A stretch of DNA of 64,000 nucleotides, taken from contig CAVQQD010000002.1 of NCBI GenBank assembly GCA_963714975.1, forward strand, positions 544,001-608,000. Reading direction: 5' to 3'. Made by a program: the position numbers and the translations under genes. How positions within the stretch are numbered: the stretch's first letter is position 1; every line of letters starts with the position of its first letter. This DNA comes from an uncultured Gammaproteobacteria bacterium. Lineage in GTDB: Bacteria; Pseudomonadota; Gammaproteobacteria; JAURND01. Shown here one piece after another: positions 62,480 to 64,000 of the stretch. Under the pieces are notes generated by a model. The model saw nothing but the letters and a program-made list of their open reading frames with translations. It did not search any database and had not been told where the DNA came from.

Positions 62480-64000
62480 CTAACCCTGTTTTTTTACCCA
62501 ATTAATTAAGCTCCCTGCCAGTAAAATTTCCAATTGGCGAGGGGAGAGGTTGTGGCGTAGTTCGAGAGAACGGTTATTAATGGTAGCTTGCAGTATGTCG
62601 GATTTTTTCAGTTGTTGATGGACATTCGCGATTGCGATCACATCGTTTTGTTTAATGCTATCGTAATCTTTTGGATCGATAAAGGTTAAGGGCAAGATCC
62701 CAAAATTAACCAGATTTTGCCAATGAATACGGGCAAAACTTTTGGCCACGATGAGATGCAGCCCAAGGAAACGGGGAGCTAAGGCGGCATGTTCGCGACT
62801 AGATCCCTGGCCGTAATTTTCTCCGCCGATAATTGCATGTCCCCCTTGATAATGAATGCTTTGTGCACGTACGTGATAATTTGGATCAATGATGTTGTAA
62901 ACAAATTCACTAATTTTGGGAATATTACTGCGAAACGGCAGAACTCGCGCGCCGGCAGGCATAATGGTGTCTGTAGAAATATTATCTCCCACCTTGAGTA
63001 GCACAGGCAGTTCGAGCGAAGTTCCTAAAGCACTTAAATGCGGTAATGAAGTAATATTTGGTCCTTTAATTAATCGCACCTGCGTTGCTTTATTTTTACT
63101 GATCGGTGCTTGCACCATTTCTTTATCCACGGTGTGTTTTTTCGCTGGCTTGACTCGAGGATAGGGAATTTTTAGGTCGCGAGGATCGGTGATTTTTCCT
63201 TTTAAGGCCGAGGCGGTTGCTGTTTCTGGGCTGCATAAAAATACGCTATCTTCGAGGGTTCCAGAACGCCCAGGAAAATTGCGCGGAACGGTGCGTAAGC
63301 TATTGCGTCCCGTAGCGGGTGCTTGTCCCATCCCAATACAGCCATTGCAACCGGCTTGGTGGATGCGGGCTCCGGCGGCAAGCATCTGTGATAAATGTCC
63401 TTCGTTGGATAAATCTTCTAAGATGCTGCGGGCGGAAGGGTTAATGTCGTATGAGACATTGGGCGCGACTTGCTTGCCTTTGACCATTAAGGCTGAAATC
63501 GCAAAGTCACGGTAGCCAGGATTGGCGGATGAGCCGATATAGGCTTGATAAATTGCTTTTCCAGCTACTTGTTTTACTGGCACTACATCATCGGGACTGG
63601 AAGGCAAGGCAATTAACGGGACTAATTTATTCAGGTCAATCTCGTCCTCTCGATCATAGAGCGCGCCAGGATCGGCGGCCAAGGGTTGCCACTCTTTTTT
63701 GCGGCCCTCCGCAGTTAAGAAGGCCAGGGTTTGTTCATCAGAAGGAAATAAGCTTGCGGTAGCGCCTAATTCTGCCCCCATATTGGCAATCACATGCCGA
63801 TCCATGGCGCTAAGGTGTTTAAGCCCTGGACCGTAATACTCTAAGATGTAGCCTACCCCCCCTTTGACGGTATGGCGTCTGAGCATTTCGAGAATAATAT
63901 CTTTGGCACTGACCCAGGCCCGCAGTTTACCCGTTAAGTGTACGCCGAAGGTTTTTGGCATTTTGACATAAAAAGGATGACCCGCCATCGCCATCGCTAC
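62480..64000 (-). CDS. Aconitate hydratase, short type (5' end outside window)
   Basis: NMGAELGA, GSSAN, CNGCIGMG, RNFPGRSG, GDNISTD.IMP, NYGQGSSREHAA, SFARIH. Confidence 0.9.
   Translation of the reverse strand, partial: VAMAMAGHPFYVKMPKTFGVHLTGKLRAWVSAKDIILEMLRRHTVKGGVGYILEYYGPGLKHLSAMDRHVIANMGAELGATASLFPSDEQTLAFLTAEGRKKEWQPLAADPGALYDREDEIDLNKLVPLIALPSSPDDVVPVKQVAGKAIYQAYIGSSANPGYRDFAISALMVKGKQVAPNVSYDINPSARSILEDLSNEGHLSQMLAAGARIHQAGCNGCIGMGQAPATGRNSLRTVPRNFPGRSGTLEDSVFLCSPETATASALKGKITDPRDLKIPYPRVKPAKKHTVDKEMVQAPISKNKATQVRLIKGPNITSLPHLSALGTSLELPVLLKVGDNISTDTIMPAGARVLPFRSNIPKISEFVYNIIDPNYHVRAQSIHYQGGHAIIGGENYGQGSSREHAALAPRFLGLHLIVAKSFARIHWQNLVNFGILPLTFIDPKDYDSIKQNDVIAIANVHQQLKKSDILQATINNRSLELRHNLSPRQLEILLAGSLINWVKKQG

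Overview
Chromosomal window from a moderately AT-rich gammaproteobacterium. Gene content and many orphan genes with eukaryote-like or transmembrane features suggest a Legionellales/Coxiellaceae-like, host-associated lineage (inference). The housekeeping backbone runs: mutL 3' end, clpB, malic enzyme, purB, metal ABC transporter, pstSCAB-phoBR, mraZ-rsmH-ftsL-ftsI-murE-murF-mraY, ung/tsaD, thrS...infC-rpmI-rplT...pheS-pheT-ihfA-merR-tRNA-Pro, ycaR-kdsB, mnmA, crcB, rarA, lolA and an aconitase. It is interrupted by three DUF4143 ATPases, YhcG, toxin-antitoxin remnants, internally deleted SNF2 and AAA genes, and candidate secreted effectors (F-box-like, ankyrin-like, a tandem paralog pair). Three signals stand out. 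(1) A dense set of non-autonomous palindromic elements inserts in frame into core proteins (MutL, MurF, an EamA tail), fuses pstC to pstA, and amplifies one end into locus-specific 15-19 bp tandem arrays. (2) The rarA-crcB junction is duplicated around cargo genes, and the extra copy differs almost only at synonymous sites. (3) Palindromes lie inside DNA-binding-domain coding sequences. Frameshifts in clpB, pstS, murF and mraY are most likely sequencing or assembly errors. All calls come from manual reading; no database searches were run.
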